Shown: positions 1 to 9,425 of the stretch, piece by piece
Layout: each line of letters starts with the position of its first letter
How positions within the stretch are numbered: position 1 is the first letter of the stretch
Origin: a virus
DNA: 64,000 bases
IMG/VR virus record: IMGVR_UViG_3300028563_000011
Span: 46,592 to 110,591 of that record
Reading direction: 5' to 3' (one strand)
Program-made: the position numbers and the translations under genes
The notes under the pieces: generated by a model
Databases searched by the model: none
Told to the model about the DNA's origin: nothing
The model's input: only the letters and a program-made list of their open reading frames with translations

Positions 1-446
1 GCTGAAGCAACACCAGCCACTTCCGTGGTCCACTTACCAGTCGCGAACATATTGGTCGCCCAGTAACGATCTTGCTTGATCATCATCTTCTGGGTGAGCA
101 ACGTAGTCGCATTCTCGTCAAGACGGATAGGATCATCGACGTTTGCACGCTGACGATCATCCACAATATGCTCCAAGGCGTACTCAACTGCCGAGTAGTT
201 ACCTTGGCTCAGCTTGTAACTAACTTGCTCAGGGCGACCGCCTAACGGACGAGGTTTAGCCTCATCACGCCAGAAGTAACCACGGTCGTAGACCACATAC
301 AAGTCAGTCTGCTTCAAGACTGGAATAACTGAAGCTGCTCGCTGAGCAACGAAACTCTTCCGATCCTGAACGTAGTTCACTGAGAAGTTTGTAAGGTACC
401 TGTCTACGTGCAGTGTACCTTCAATGTTCTGGGCTTGGCCGGGCAT
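1..446 (-). CDS. Major capsid protein (lambda gpE-like family), 5' part; truncated at window edge
   Basis: Manual translation from ATG at 446: MPGQAQNIEGTLHVDRYLTNFSVNYVQD...PVLKQTDLYVVYDRGYFWRDEA..., open to the window edge. The HVDxxLTNxSxxY start is typical of this capsid family; the gene follows scaffold and decoration genes. Confidence 0.85.
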   Translation of the reverse strand, partial: MPGQAQNIEGTLHVDRYLTNFSVNYVQDRKSFVAQRAASVIPVLKQTDLYVVYDRGYFWRDEAKPRPLGGRPEQVSYKLSQGNYSAVEYALEHIVDDRQRANVDDPIRLDENATTLLTQKMMIKQDRYWATNMFATGKWTTEVAGVAS

Positions 447-487
447 TTCAACTCACTCCTTCTTCTAAGCTTGTTTATGCGTTAAGT

Positions 488-841
488 TTAGCGACCAAAC
501 GTAAACTCAACGCGTTCACCAGAGGCAGCACTGTTGCGAGCAATGCCAAAAGCAACACCCCCAGCTAAGGTAATGGCTTTCCCTGAACCATCAGATTGCA
601 ACCGATCCCCAGCTGTCACCGCCGCACCGGCGATAGCCTTACCTTCTCCTAAAGTCTGAATGGTAACTGGTAGCGTGGTTGAACCGGGTTCAAAGATAAC
701 ACCAGCAACCGGGTCCCCATTGCCAGCTAAGGCAATAAGACCATCTGTACCTACCTTGGCAAGGTAGTGCATGTTATTAGAAAGGTCGGCACTCGCAAAC
801 GCGGCATAAGTACCGGCCCCAAACAACTTCATTGTAGCCAT
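488..841 (-). CDS. Capsid decoration/cement protein (DUF2190-like)
   Basis: Small Gly/Ala-rich protein with GAAVTAGDRLQSDGSGKAI motif, directly upstream of the capsid gene. Confidence 0.75.
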   Translation of the reverse strand: MATMKLFGAGTYAAFASADLSNNMHYLAKVGTDGLIALAGNGDPVAGVIFEPGSTTLPVTIQTLGEGKAIAGAAVTAGDRLQSDGSGKAITLAGGVAFGIARNSAASGERVEFTFGR

Positions 842-858
842 AGTTCACTTCTCCTTTT

Positions 859-1251
859 TCACTTGAACAAGATCTCGATCTTGTCATTCAGAGCACCGTT
901 ACTTAACGCTATACCAAAAGCGTCACCAGTTGATAAGGGTATAGCGCGCCCTTCGCTATCCGACTGCAACCTACTACCCGCAGTAACTGAACCGCCAAGG
1001 ATACACTTCTGTTTATCGGAGAACTCAACTGTTACTGGAAAATCCAGCGGACCAGCCCGGCTAATAATACCAAAAACCGGCTCTCCATAACCAGAAAGTA
1101 CTATCCTTCCATCAACATCAATCTTGACTAGATAGTGCTTTTTCTCAGAGAGATCAACACCAGCCAAGGCAGCATAGCTAAAGGCAGTGACTTCATCCCT
1201 ATCATAAAGGGAAATAAGTTCTTCACTTAAGAGTTGGGTAAGCGAAGCCAT
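859..1251 (-). CDS. Second capsid decoration protein paralog (DUF2190-like)
   Basis: GGSVTAGSRLQSDSEGRAI; aligns by eye with 488..841 over nearly its whole length. Confidence 0.7.
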   Translation of the reverse strand: MASLTQLLSEELISLYDRDEVTAFSYAALAGVDLSEKKHYLVKIDVDGRIVLSGYGEPVFGIISRAGPLDFPVTVEFSDKQKCILGGSVTAGSRLQSDSEGRAIPLSTGDAFGIALSNGALNDKIEILFK

Positions 1252-1273
1252 CTGCCTTTAACTCTTGTTTCCT

Positions 1274-2158
1274 TTAGTTGGCATTCCGATTTTGGTATGC
1301 CTCAAACTCATCAGGGTAATCCGTACGTGCTTTGGTCATTGCCTCAGCACGCGAGATACCTTTGATTGACTTGTGGATGTCTTCCACCCGCTTTTCAAAA
1401 GCGTCAATCCCGGGCACGCCAGGCTTACGGCTCTTGCGGTTAAGATCATCAATACCAGACCCCTTACCGATTGTCTCAAAAGCACCCTTAGCCAGTTTCT
1501 CAGACTGGGTAAAGACAGCTTCGAAAGACTTGCGGACAGCCGGATCTAACCTGCCCATGGCCTTGAGCATAGCAGCCCGCTCTTCAACCGAACCAGGGAC
1601 ATGCTTGAATTCATCGTCTGCACGCTTGCACAACTCAGCTTGCTCACGAGCATCACGTTCCTTAGCAATATCCTCATCAGCCTTCTTAAGGCGAGCATCC
1701 TGAGCCTTAAGAATAGCGAAATGGGCTTCACCAACCGCTGATTTCCGAATTTCTTGACCTTCGATCTTGAGAACTTCATCATCCTCAAGCCGCTTGTTCA
1801 TTTCTTTCTTTCGGTCAGCTTCAGGCTTACCCATAAAAGTAGCAACATCATCAGCCGACTTACCGGCGCAATGATCCTTCTCGTCTTGGGTCATCTTAGC
1901 CAAGACTTTCAACTGCTCATTTTCCTCCAGAAGCTTTTCAATAAGCTTCTGGGTATCGTCCTCATCGTCGTCCGGTTCGCTATCGTCAGGCTCTTCGCCC
2001 TTAGCCTTCGCCTTCGCCTTCTTCAATGCAGCCTTAAGGACTTCCACACCTTGGTCCTCAAGCGGCTGATTGGCAGCTTCCACAGCCTTCTCAAGCTCAG
2101 TAGCAAGCTCTTCGACCTGCTCCTCAAGCTTGGAAATTTCGGTATCATTCGTAGCCAT
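1274..2158 (-). CDS. Prohead scaffolding protein
   Basis: Charged coiled-coil protein with C-terminal SRAEAMTKARTDYPDEFEAY helix, located between the protease region and capsid genes. Confidence 0.75.
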   Translation of the reverse strand: MATNDTEISKLEEQVEELATELEKAVEAANQPLEDQGVEVLKAALKKAKAKAKGEEPDDSEPDDDEDDTQKLIEKLLEENEQLKVLAKMTQDEKDHCAGKSADDVATFMGKPEADRKKEMNKRLEDDEVLKIEGQEIRKSAVGEAHFAILKAQDARLKKADEDIAKERDAREQAELCKRADDEFKHVPGSVEERAAMLKAMGRLDPAVRKSFEAVFTQSEKLAKGAFETIGKGSGIDDLNRKSRKPGVPGIDAFEKRVEDIHKSIKGISRAEAMTKARTDYPDEFEAYQNRNAN

Positions 2159-2228
2159 TGTTTCTTTCCTCTTCCTAAACGGTAGGTTAAAGGGATGGAG
2201 TGGCTGAGTGAGGACCTACCGCCCCACT

Positions 2229-4781
2229 TTACACTTTGAGTTCTTTTAATGTACCCCGCAAAGCTTGTAATCCTTGCATGACTTTGTCTTGTCCAGGAGC
2301 AGCTTTAGCGGCATCTGGAGGAACAGTAAAGCCCGAAGATCGCCCTACGGCAGAAAGTGGTACATGTTGTACTCCAGCTTTGCTCTGACGTTCACGAAGA
2401 GCAATAAGAGCTTCTGCCGCTTTTAAGACTTTCTGACGAGCAGCCTCACCAGAAATATCTTGAGTTTTTGCAACACGTTGAACTAAACCAGAAGCTTTGT
2501 CCTTAAGTTGACTACTTTCAGCGTATTTGATTATACCAGCCATAGCTTTAGGAGAAAGTTCTGGACCGGCATTGATTTTGTCTAAGACTGAGAAGACATG
2601 TGGAGAAGCAAACCAAGCCGCAGCAGCTAAAGCTAAAGTTGTTCCTGCTGCCAAAGCAGCTGCTCGACCAAAGCGTTTAATCCGCCCGATCTTTGCCGGT
2701 TCTTTAGCTACTTCTGCTTTTGACGCGCCCGGACTTGAAGCAAAGCGCCCACCCTTACCATGATTTGGATTGAACTTATTTATACCTTCATTTGAGATTT
2801 TATCTAGAATTTGGCTTACTAATGATAATCTATCCCTTACTGGATTGCCCTGAGTAATAGCTGGACGTTCCTTACCAATAGTATTAACTTGCTTTAATGA
2901 ATACTTTTTATTCACATCATCCACAATCCCTTTCAATATTTTAGCTGATTTTGCCTTTGATGCTCCAGTCTTTTTAGAAAACTCATTTACCATGTCAGTC
3001 ATGGTAGAAGATATTTCTTCTTTAGACTTTGCACTAATGGCTTGCTTAAAAGCCCTCTTGAATTTACTTCTTAAGTATAAGGAGCGAATCTTCTTTGCAG
3101 CAATCGCTACTCCTAATGCTGCAACTGCTGCCCCAACTGATGCTACGATTTGGGCTTGCTGTTGAACCTCTGGTCCGTACCTACCAGGTCCACTGGCCAT
3201 ATTTGGCAACCCTAACCCAGAACTAAATCTACCCTTAGAATCATGATTTGGATTTCCAACAGTAGCTCCCATACGACTCAACGCAGAAGCAGCAGCTTGT
3301 TTCTCTCCTAAGGAGGTGTTAGGATGATGGTACAAATTTCTTGCTGCAGCAATACGTTCTTGTCTACCCTTGGTTAGTAGAATAGATTTTGTTAACTTAT
3401 TTATATCTTCATTTTTTAATTCATCAAGAACTTGAATCAACATATCTACTTTATCTTTAAGCTGGGCTGGATCTACTGCTTTGTTTAGAGAAGCATTAGC
3501 TTCATGCTCCTTAATCGCTTTCATGTCTAAAGCAACAAGCCTAATACGTCCAATTGCCTCTCGAGAAGTTAACTTATCATTCCTAGCAATTTGTCGAGCT
3601 AGCACTTTTGCTCTAAACTTCATATTCTCTTTAGCAGCCGGACTCGATAAAATAGCTTTAAGTCCTTGTTTCATTGCTCGCATTGCACGAGCATTATGAA
3701 ATTTTGCTCGTAACTTACGAGCCACATTATGTACAGAGGTTGCAACCAAGACTGCAACAGGAGCAGCTACAGCTGCGGCTGTTAATTTCTCTCCGGTAGA
3801 CATTCTATTAAATTCAGCCTTAGCCCTAGCAGCCCCCCCGCTGGCTAAACCAGCTGCCGCAGAAGCAAAATGTCCTAAAGCATCATGGTAAGGATTCCCC
3901 CATTTTGTTAACTTATTTATAGGATCCATTGGCTTTTGCCAACGCGCAGGCTTGGTTGACTGCGGTTTTCTTTTCTCTGGACGCTCACGCGCTAGCTTTA
4001 GACTAGCCCAAGTAACATCAGGATGAGCCTTGGCTTTTGCATGATAAGCTTGAGCATCCGACCTACTAATAAATCGAGTTGTACGTACACGCTTGTCTCT
4101 CGTTAAAACTGTAACCGAATGTGTGCCAGTCTTATCTCCTGAAGAAGCAACAAATTTACCTGTTTTAGGATCATGGTTAGGGTTACCAATCTTAGAAACG
4201 CTTATCTTATTCTTATCTGTCAATGTCGTTGAAACAAACTTGGTCGCCCCCCTCATATGAGGCTCTTTGCTAGCCAATTCTTTAGCATGATCGTGATTTA
4301 GGGCAGTTACCATCACTTGTCCTACAGGCTGCAGTCCGCCTAGGACATGCGGATGAGGAGCAAATCCCATCACGTAGTGTGATGTTCCTTGATGAGGCCC
4401 AGAACCAGGACCGCCTTTCTTTAAAGATTGCATCCCCCTAAGAAATTTCTTGCCTCGCCTTCCCTTACCCCCCAAAGAAACTCGGCCACCTAAATACGTA
4501 GCAATATGAGTTGGACCCTCAATATTACCAGCGCCAGCACCTACACCACCATCCAAGTCCTTCTGAAACTTAAGCATGTTGTCTTTAAGTGTTTCAATTC
4601 TAGCTGCAATTTTCTTTTTACGACCAACAAGAATATCATTCACCGAGTCTGAGTTAGAACCATCCTTCTCAATATCTGCTCGTTTCATAATCACCATCCG
4701 AGCATGTTCCTGGCAAGGGTTATCCACGGCCGAAATCTCTGTAATACGTAATTTGTGAAGGATGCGCTTCTTCTCAGTCAT
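2229..4781 (-). CDS. Large basic head-associated polyprotein: N-terminal protease-complementing strand plus 4 NPxH tags and hydrophobic helical modules
   Basis: N-terminal LRITEISAVDNPCQEHARMVIMK resembles the terminal strands of HK97/XkdF-type proteases. Tags: GNPNHDPKTGKF, GNPYHDALGHF, GNPNHDSKGRF, FNPNHGKGGRF. Also contains KGGPGSG. Confidence 0.6.
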   Translation of the reverse strand: MTEKKRILHKLRITEISAVDNPCQEHARMVIMKRADIEKDGSNSDSVNDILVGRKKKIAARIETLKDNMLKFQKDLDGGVGAGAGNIEGPTHIATYLGGRVSLGGKGRRGKKFLRGMQSLKKGGPGSGPHQGTSHYVMGFAPHPHVLGGLQPVGQVMVTALNHDHAKELASKEPHMRGATKFVSTTLTDKNKISVSKIGNPNHDPKTGKFVASSGDKTGTHSVTVLTRDKRVRTTRFISRSDAQAYHAKAKAHPDVTWASLKLARERPEKRKPQSTKPARWQKPMDPINKLTKWGNPYHDALGHFASAAAGLASGGAARAKAEFNRMSTGEKLTAAAVAAPVAVLVATSVHNVARKLRAKFHNARAMRAMKQGLKAILSSPAAKENMKFRAKVLARQIARNDKLTSREAIGRIRLVALDMKAIKEHEANASLNKAVDPAQLKDKVDMLIQVLDELKNEDINKLTKSILLTKGRQERIAAARNLYHHPNTSLGEKQAAASALSRMGATVGNPNHDSKGRFSSGLGLPNMASGPGRYGPEVQQQAQIVASVGAAVAALGVAIAAKKIRSLYLRSKFKRAFKQAISAKSKEEISSTMTDMVNEFSKKTGASKAKSAKILKGIVDDVNKKYSLKQVNTIGKERPAITQGNPVRDRLSLVSQILDKISNEGINKFNPNHGKGGRFASSPGASKAEVAKEPAKIGRIKRFGRAAALAAGTTLALAAAAWFASPHVFSVLDKINAGPELSPKAMAGIIKYAESSQLKDKASGLVQRVAKTQDISGEAARQKVLKAAEALIALRERQSKAGVQHVPLSAVGRSSGFTVPPDAAKAAPGQDKVMQGLQALRGTLKELKV

Positions 4782-4782
4782 T

Positions 4783-5307
4783 TTACGTCCTGCTTTTGTA
4801 AGCGTTAAGCGCAGACTTAAGTTGCTTCAAATGAAGCAAAATAAGGTCAGCTTTTGTCTTAGCAATCTCTTCTTCACGCTTTTCAATTAAGTGATCTACG
4901 ATACTACCTAAAACTTGTATAGCAACAGGAATTTTTAACGAAAAGTTCTTGGCAAAGTAGTTAACTCCTTGTCTAATAGCTTGCTGAGTTACACTTTGCC
5001 CAGCCATTTCAACAACAGCCCTTAAAACACTATTGGTACTCCAAGCAGCAGCCGCTGTACTTGCTCCAACAATAGGTAAAGCGATAGAAGCAATTGTAGC
5101 AACTGTTAGTGCTTTATCTACCCACTTTAGAATTGGGTGGTCTTCTGGTAAGGTAGAACTTTCACTCCCTGAACCTGAAGTAAATTCACCAGTCTTAGGG
5201 TCATGATTAGGATTACCCTCTTTAGCTAAAAATTTGACATCTGACCGAAGTTTGTTCAACTTCTCATTCAAATAATCAATACGAGTACGATTTCTAATCG
5301 ATAACAT
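4783..5307 (-). CDS. Putative internal head protein with NPNHD tag and hydrophobic helix
   Basis: Leader + LAKEGNPNHDPKTGEFTSG + hydrophobic segment ALTVATIASIALPIVGA. Confidence 0.6.
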   Translation of the reverse strand: MLSIRNRTRIDYLNEKLNKLRSDVKFLAKEGNPNHDPKTGEFTSGSGSESSTLPEDHPILKWVDKALTVATIASIALPIVGASTAAAAWSTNSVLRAVVEMAGQSVTQQAIRQGVNYFAKNFSLKIPVAIQVLGSIVDHLIEKREEEIAKTKADLILLHLKQLKSALNAYKSRT

Positions 5308-5316
5308 TCAAAACCT

Positions 5317-5853
5317 TTAGACTCCCCAATCTTTTGCCTTCGATTGTAAGAATGTATTTAATTTGTCCATTTGATCTTTAGATAAATGCTTGGGAAGCTC
5401 ATCCAAGAACTTCTTACCATCAGCATCCGACTTGAAATTAAGTTTGGGTACTGCTTTAGTTAAAGCATTATATATTTTACCACCAGAATAAATCCCAACT
5501 CCTGCAGCTGTTAAGGCTGCACCTATTGGGTTAAGAACACCAGCAGACATTAACCAATATGCCACTGTACCCCCTAGCAAAGAACCACCCTTAACCGCTA
5601 ATATAGCAGCAACAGTTTTTCTAAAAAGACCTGCTCCAGACCCCTTCTCTTCCTCAACCTTTGGTTTTTCCTTATCTTTTGAATCGGAAGAACTTCCGCC
5701 AGAACCTGAAGTAAATTCCCCAGTCTTAGGATCATGATTAGGGTTACCTTGATCTTCTTTAGCTAAAGATTCAATACCCATCTTGATCTTAAGAATACGA
5801 TCACTGAGCTTAGAAACTCTTGAGCGGTCCCGCAAAGACAGCATCAACGTCAC
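5317..5853 (-). CDS. Putative internal head protein with NPNHD tag and Gly-rich hydrophobic hairpin
   Basis: Leader + LAKEDQGNPNHDPKTGEFTSG + two Gly/Ala-rich hydrophobic helices. N-terminal part is paralogous to 4783..5307. Confidence 0.6.
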   Translation of the reverse strand: MTLMLSLRDRSRVSKLSDRILKIKMGIESLAKEDQGNPNHDPKTGEFTSGSGGSSSDSKDKEKPKVEEEKGSGAGLFRKTVAAILAVKGGSLLGGTVAYWLMSAGVLNPIGAALTAAGVGIYSGGKIYNALTKAVPKLNFKSDADGKKFLDELPKHLSKDQMDKLNTFLQSKAKDWGV

Positions 5854-5898
5854 TCCTTACTTCTTGCCGTAGTACGCACCAAGAGCCATTTGTATACG

Positions 5899-7302
5899 TT
5901 AAGCCTTTGATTTACCCTTAAATCTCTTATTGTCAGAATGGACAAAATCATGGATAAAGTCGGAAGCTTTAGCGTCTGCCCCCAAGGTCTTCAATAAAGT
6001 ATCTATATCAAAATCAGAAACAGATTTATTCATTTCAATATCTTCAAAGTTTAATTTCTTTCCACCAATGCTAAATCCTTTATACACCCCATTCTCGTAT
6101 TTAGACAATAACTCAGGAGTAGAAGGCTTCATCGCAATCATCAACCCCGTTGTACGGGTATTGATACCCATAGCTTTAGCTATATCTGTCGTCAAGGGAA
6201 AAGCAAACACGATAGAACCCTTACCATCCCCTACGTGCATTTCCTTTGCTAATCGGGAATTCTCCATAAAATCGGAAGAGGCTTCGAGCATAGATTGTTC
6301 TGGGATGTGTTCTGGAACACGTTCCCCTGAACTATCGCGATTGAGGTCGTAGTAGTCTTCCCCATCACGCTTGCATACAATGGCCCAGCCAAAGACAAGA
6401 CCGAGGTTAGAGTCAACCTTGATAACATCAACATTTTGTCCTTCAGGGTTCTCTTCTAAATCCTCAAGATTATGAGTACCTTGACCCTCACACTTCGCAC
6501 CTAAAGCAACACACTGATCATGAATTGATTGTAACTGATCGTACTCTTGTTTTGTGTGCCTAGCACCAATCTTCTTCATTCCAGCATCGCCTACAATATC
6601 TTTGTAGCGATCCATAGACAAACAATCTTCACCCTTGTTTTGAAGGTCAATAGCTCTCTCGGTTAATTCGTGTAATGATAAATCACCAGGTAATCCTTTT
6701 GGGGAGTCTTCCCGAGCGTACTCCAAAAGCCTAATAAATAATGGGACGTCAAGAGTAATAGAATGATCAGTCATATCTAACTTCTCAACAATTCCATCTG
6801 TTGCATTAGGAGTAATTTCTTCAAATGTTTCTGGTCCCAACTCAATTACTCCCTGATAAGGCTCAACCTCATCCAAATCTAAGCCTTTGGGGACCCCATT
6901 ATAGGTCAAAGTAATATGAGGCTGAAATCCCGGCCAATCCCAAGAAGCCCCCTTATTACGAATGTCCTCATTACGGTAAGCCAAATCTGGGCTAGCAAAC
7001 ATCAAGACAATAGCATCAGGACCTAAAGGCTCAACAACTCTAGGTCCTCCAGGCATGATAGTTAAAGTACCATCTACACGGAATGGGCTACCAGGATAAG
7101 TATTCTGGTTTGACCCCATTTTGATCCAATCAACCGGGGTCTTAGAATAAGCTATCGTAACGTGCATTTCTTCAGGGGGTACAACTTTGTCAAAGCCTTG
7201 GGACTTAGCCCAAGATATAATGTCTTGAGCATTCAAGACATTACGGTAAACATAAAGAGTACGAGGCTGAGCCTTCGTTATGTCTAACATAATCACTTCC
7301 AA
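5899..7302 (-). CDS. Acb1-like 2H phosphodiesterase fused to XkdF-like prohead serine protease
   Basis: Two HxT motifs (MHVTIAYS, PHITLTY) in the N-terminal ~165 aa. C-terminal GLVFGWA...KEMH...YKGFSIGG is the XkdF/S78-type protease signature. Likely start is MLDITK at about 7290. Confidence 0.8.
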   Translation of the reverse strand: MEVIMLDITKAQPRTLYVYRNVLNAQDIISWAKSQGFDKVVPPEEMHVTIAYSKTPVDWIKMGSNQNTYPGSPFRVDGTLTIMPGGPRVVEPLGPDAIVLMFASPDLAYRNEDIRNKGASWDWPGFQPHITLTYNGVPKGLDLDEVEPYQGVIELGPETFEEITPNATDGIVEKLDMTDHSITLDVPLFIRLLEYAREDSPKGLPGDLSLHELTERAIDLQNKGEDCLSMDRYKDIVGDAGMKKIGARHTKQEYDQLQSIHDQCVALGAKCEGQGTHNLEDLEENPEGQNVDVIKVDSNLGLVFGWAIVCKRDGEDYYDLNRDSSGERVPEHIPEQSMLEASSDFMENSRLAKEMHVGDGKGSIVFAFPLTTDIAKAMGINTRTTGLMIAMKPSTPELLSKYENGVYKGFSIGGKKLNFEDIEMNKSVSDFDIDTLLKTLGADAKASDFIHDFVHSDNKRFKGKSKA

Positions 7303-7580
7303 CTATCAGGAAGCTGATCTTCAGCACCAAGGGCTTTTGCCCTTGCCTTGATATGAGCTTTCGTTTTACCGGGGTCCTTTGCGCGCCCTATTGCCTGAAT
7401 TGCATTATGCAAGTCAGACACATTAGCAATCGGATAACCTCCCCCTCCCATAGCCTGACCTTTATCAGCCATCTTTTGTCGTTGCTTATCTGAAAATTCT
7501 CTTTTGTGTAAATTTGTCAGAAGTGGACGTAACTTCTCAATCCTATCACTAAGTTTACGTATTCGCTGGATAGGCAACAT
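7293..7580 (-). CDS. Small head-associated protein (DUF6582-like)
   Basis: GxYPIxNxxDLxNAIQAIGRAK...KAHIKxRAKALG...LPDSW module, commonly seen in phage protease regions. Confidence 0.6.
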   Translation of the reverse strand: MLPIQRIRKLSDRIEKLRPLLTNLHKREFSDKQRQKMADKGQAMGGGGYPIANVSDLHNAIQAIGRAKDPGKTKAHIKARAKALGAEDQLPDSWK

Positions 7581-7590
7581 TTCTTTCTCC

Positions 7591-8565
7591 TTAGAAACCG
7601 TACGTAACCGTGCAACGACAGTTAATTCTCTCAGCGGCTGAAGCGGAAGGGTCGCCTGGGTACATTAACTGTTCTCCGGAAGGAGTTTCAAATGGTGTAT
7701 CTATACCTTGAACCGTTTGACCATCCATATCTTGATGGGAATGTCGAGTACGATTACCGGGGGTTGCGTTCCAAGTCTTGGAAACATCGTCGCCACTCAT
7801 TCCGGCAGAGTCTAAAACTTGTTGCATAGCTTCTTGTCTGGCCAAAGATAAAATGGATAAGGACTCGGTCCTAGCTATAGTCTCAGCCCTATAATTCAAC
7901 ATTTGCTCGCGATAACGATCAACCATTCGATCAATTTGATCAGAGGTTAAAGAGTTACCCGTGTCAATAACGCCTTGAACTGTACCATCAAAGCGACGAT
8001 CTCGTAATTGACGAGTTAAAGCGTCAGCAGAGCCTTGTTCTAACAGAGTTCTATAATTATCAACAGCTGAAAGCTGATAGGGAGTTAATCCAATAGAGTC
8101 AACAAGCTGTCTTGCTGTTTGTCTTACACCTTGACCTTGACTTAGCCCATTAGCCAAGATCTGGCGAGTATTTGCAGTTTGGTCAGCTGTAAAATTCTGT
8201 ATAAAATCCAAACGCGAAGATCTCATCAAAGCAGAAGCCCGTTCATTTGTAGAATCAAATGAAACAGTTGGTTCTGCCTTAGCTAAAGTGGGAGTAATAT
8301 GAGCCTTTTCGCCTAATTTATCTCTCAAGTACGAAACTTCTTCATTAGCTATATCGATAAATAACTGAGGTAAGATATTCCCCAAGCGAGTTATAGCGTT
8401 TTCAATTAACTGATTGACTCTCTCAAACTTACCTTGATCCAAAAGGTTGTGTATAGCGTTATGAGTTTGTGGAGACTGAGCCTCATCTACAAATGCTAAA
8501 ATTGTACGTTTGAATTTATTAGTGGCCCAACTGTGTAAATTTATAGTCCTAACCTGATCCGACAT
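7591..8565 (-). CDS. Minor head morphogenesis protein (MuF / SPP1 gp7 family)
   Basis: RAETIARTE, KTW...RTRHSH..MDGQ and LMYPGDP...INCRC motifs. Confidence 0.9.
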   Translation of the reverse strand: MSDQVRTINLHSWATNKFKRTILAFVDEAQSPQTHNAIHNLLDQGKFERVNQLIENAITRLGNILPQLFIDIANEEVSYLRDKLGEKAHITPTLAKAEPTVSFDSTNERASALMRSSRLDFIQNFTADQTANTRQILANGLSQGQGVRQTARQLVDSIGLTPYQLSAVDNYRTLLEQGSADALTRQLRDRRFDGTVQGVIDTGNSLTSDQIDRMVDRYREQMLNYRAETIARTESLSILSLARQEAMQQVLDSAGMSGDDVSKTWNATPGNRTRHSHQDMDGQTVQGIDTPFETPSGEQLMYPGDPSASAAERINCRCTVTYGF

Positions 8566-9270
8566 TCAACCCCCAGCTTCTTTCGATAAATCTCCAAGCA
8601 TTTTCTTTTCTTGCAAAGACTCAACATTCTTTTGTTGCTTTACACGATCTTTAAGAGCAGCGTCAAGTTCACTAATTTTAGCCCGAGTAACCGCTAAAGC
8701 ATCGATAGCTTCTATAGTTGGCTCCTTACCCGCAGCCTTTTTTAGGTCTATGACTTCAAGCATCATAGCTAATTCACGGTTTGTTGCATCCAATTCAGCT
8801 TGCATAGCTGCTGTCATATTGGAATTAACTAATGTATGAATCACATCTAATTTATTTGTTGTAACTTTACCTTGAACTATTAAAGTGGTATTAGTAAGGA
8901 TCGCTTGCTCAGCTAACCTAGCTTGTGCATCAAGCAAGTTCTTAGAAGATGTAGCGGCAACAGTTGCTACCTTTTTATTTTCTTCCAGTAATTTCTGGGC
9001 TGCAATAGCAGCTTGACGAGCTACTTCTTCTTGGTGTTCATAAAGAACTTTAGCGTCTTCTTTTTGAACGGCTGCAACAGCATCTAAACGCGCCCAATCT
9101 TCTTTGCGTTCGGCACTACGAATTGCTGCATCTTGAGCTTTCTCAGCAGCTTTAGCTTTGGCTAAAGATTTAGCCATAAGCCAAGGAGCGACAACACTTG
9201 TTAACATAACAGGAACAGCAACAAGTAAAAGCGGGGCAACACTCTCAACTATTGTTGGATGATCCAACAT
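8566..9270 (-). CDS. Membrane-anchored coiled-coil protein
   Basis: N-terminal hydrophobic helix followed by an Ala/Lys/Glu-rich coiled coil; IHTLVNSNMTAAM motif. Confidence 0.55.
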   Translation of the reverse strand: MLDHPTIVESVAPLLLVAVPVMLTSVVAPWLMAKSLAKAKAAEKAQDAAIRSAERKEDWARLDAVAAVQKEDAKVLYEHQEEVARQAAIAAQKLLEENKKVATVAATSSKNLLDAQARLAEQAILTNTTLIVQGKVTTNKLDVIHTLVNSNMTAAMQAELDATNRELAMMLEVIDLKKAAGKEPTIEAIDALAVTRAKISELDAALKDRVKQQKNVESLQEKKMLGDLSKEAGG

Positions 9271-9275
9271 TTAAC

Positions 9276-9425
9276 TTAAAATCGACCTAATAAGATTAAG
9301 ATCAATACAACAACTAAAACAAGACCTAAACCTCCACCGCCCCAAGCTGGTCCACCAGAGTAATAACCTCCCCCACCGAATACAACTAAGAGTACAATGA
9401 TAAGTAAGATTGTACCTATTGACAT
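9276..9425 (-). CDS. DUF3309-like small membrane protein (not in ORF track)
   Basis: Manual translation: MSIGTILLIIVLLVVFGGGGYYSGGPAWGGGGLGLVLVVVLILILLGRF. Confidence 0.7.
   Translation of the reverse strand: MSIGTILLIIVLLVVFGGGGYYSGGPAWGGGGLGLVLVVVLILILLGRF

Noticed and set aside
2180-2228. Third copy of the structured RNA (AAGTGG...TCCTCACTCA...GCCACT)
   Set aside because: Partial resemblance only; P3 pairing and the CGRG hairpin are missing. Retained only as a hairpin with an ops-like motif.
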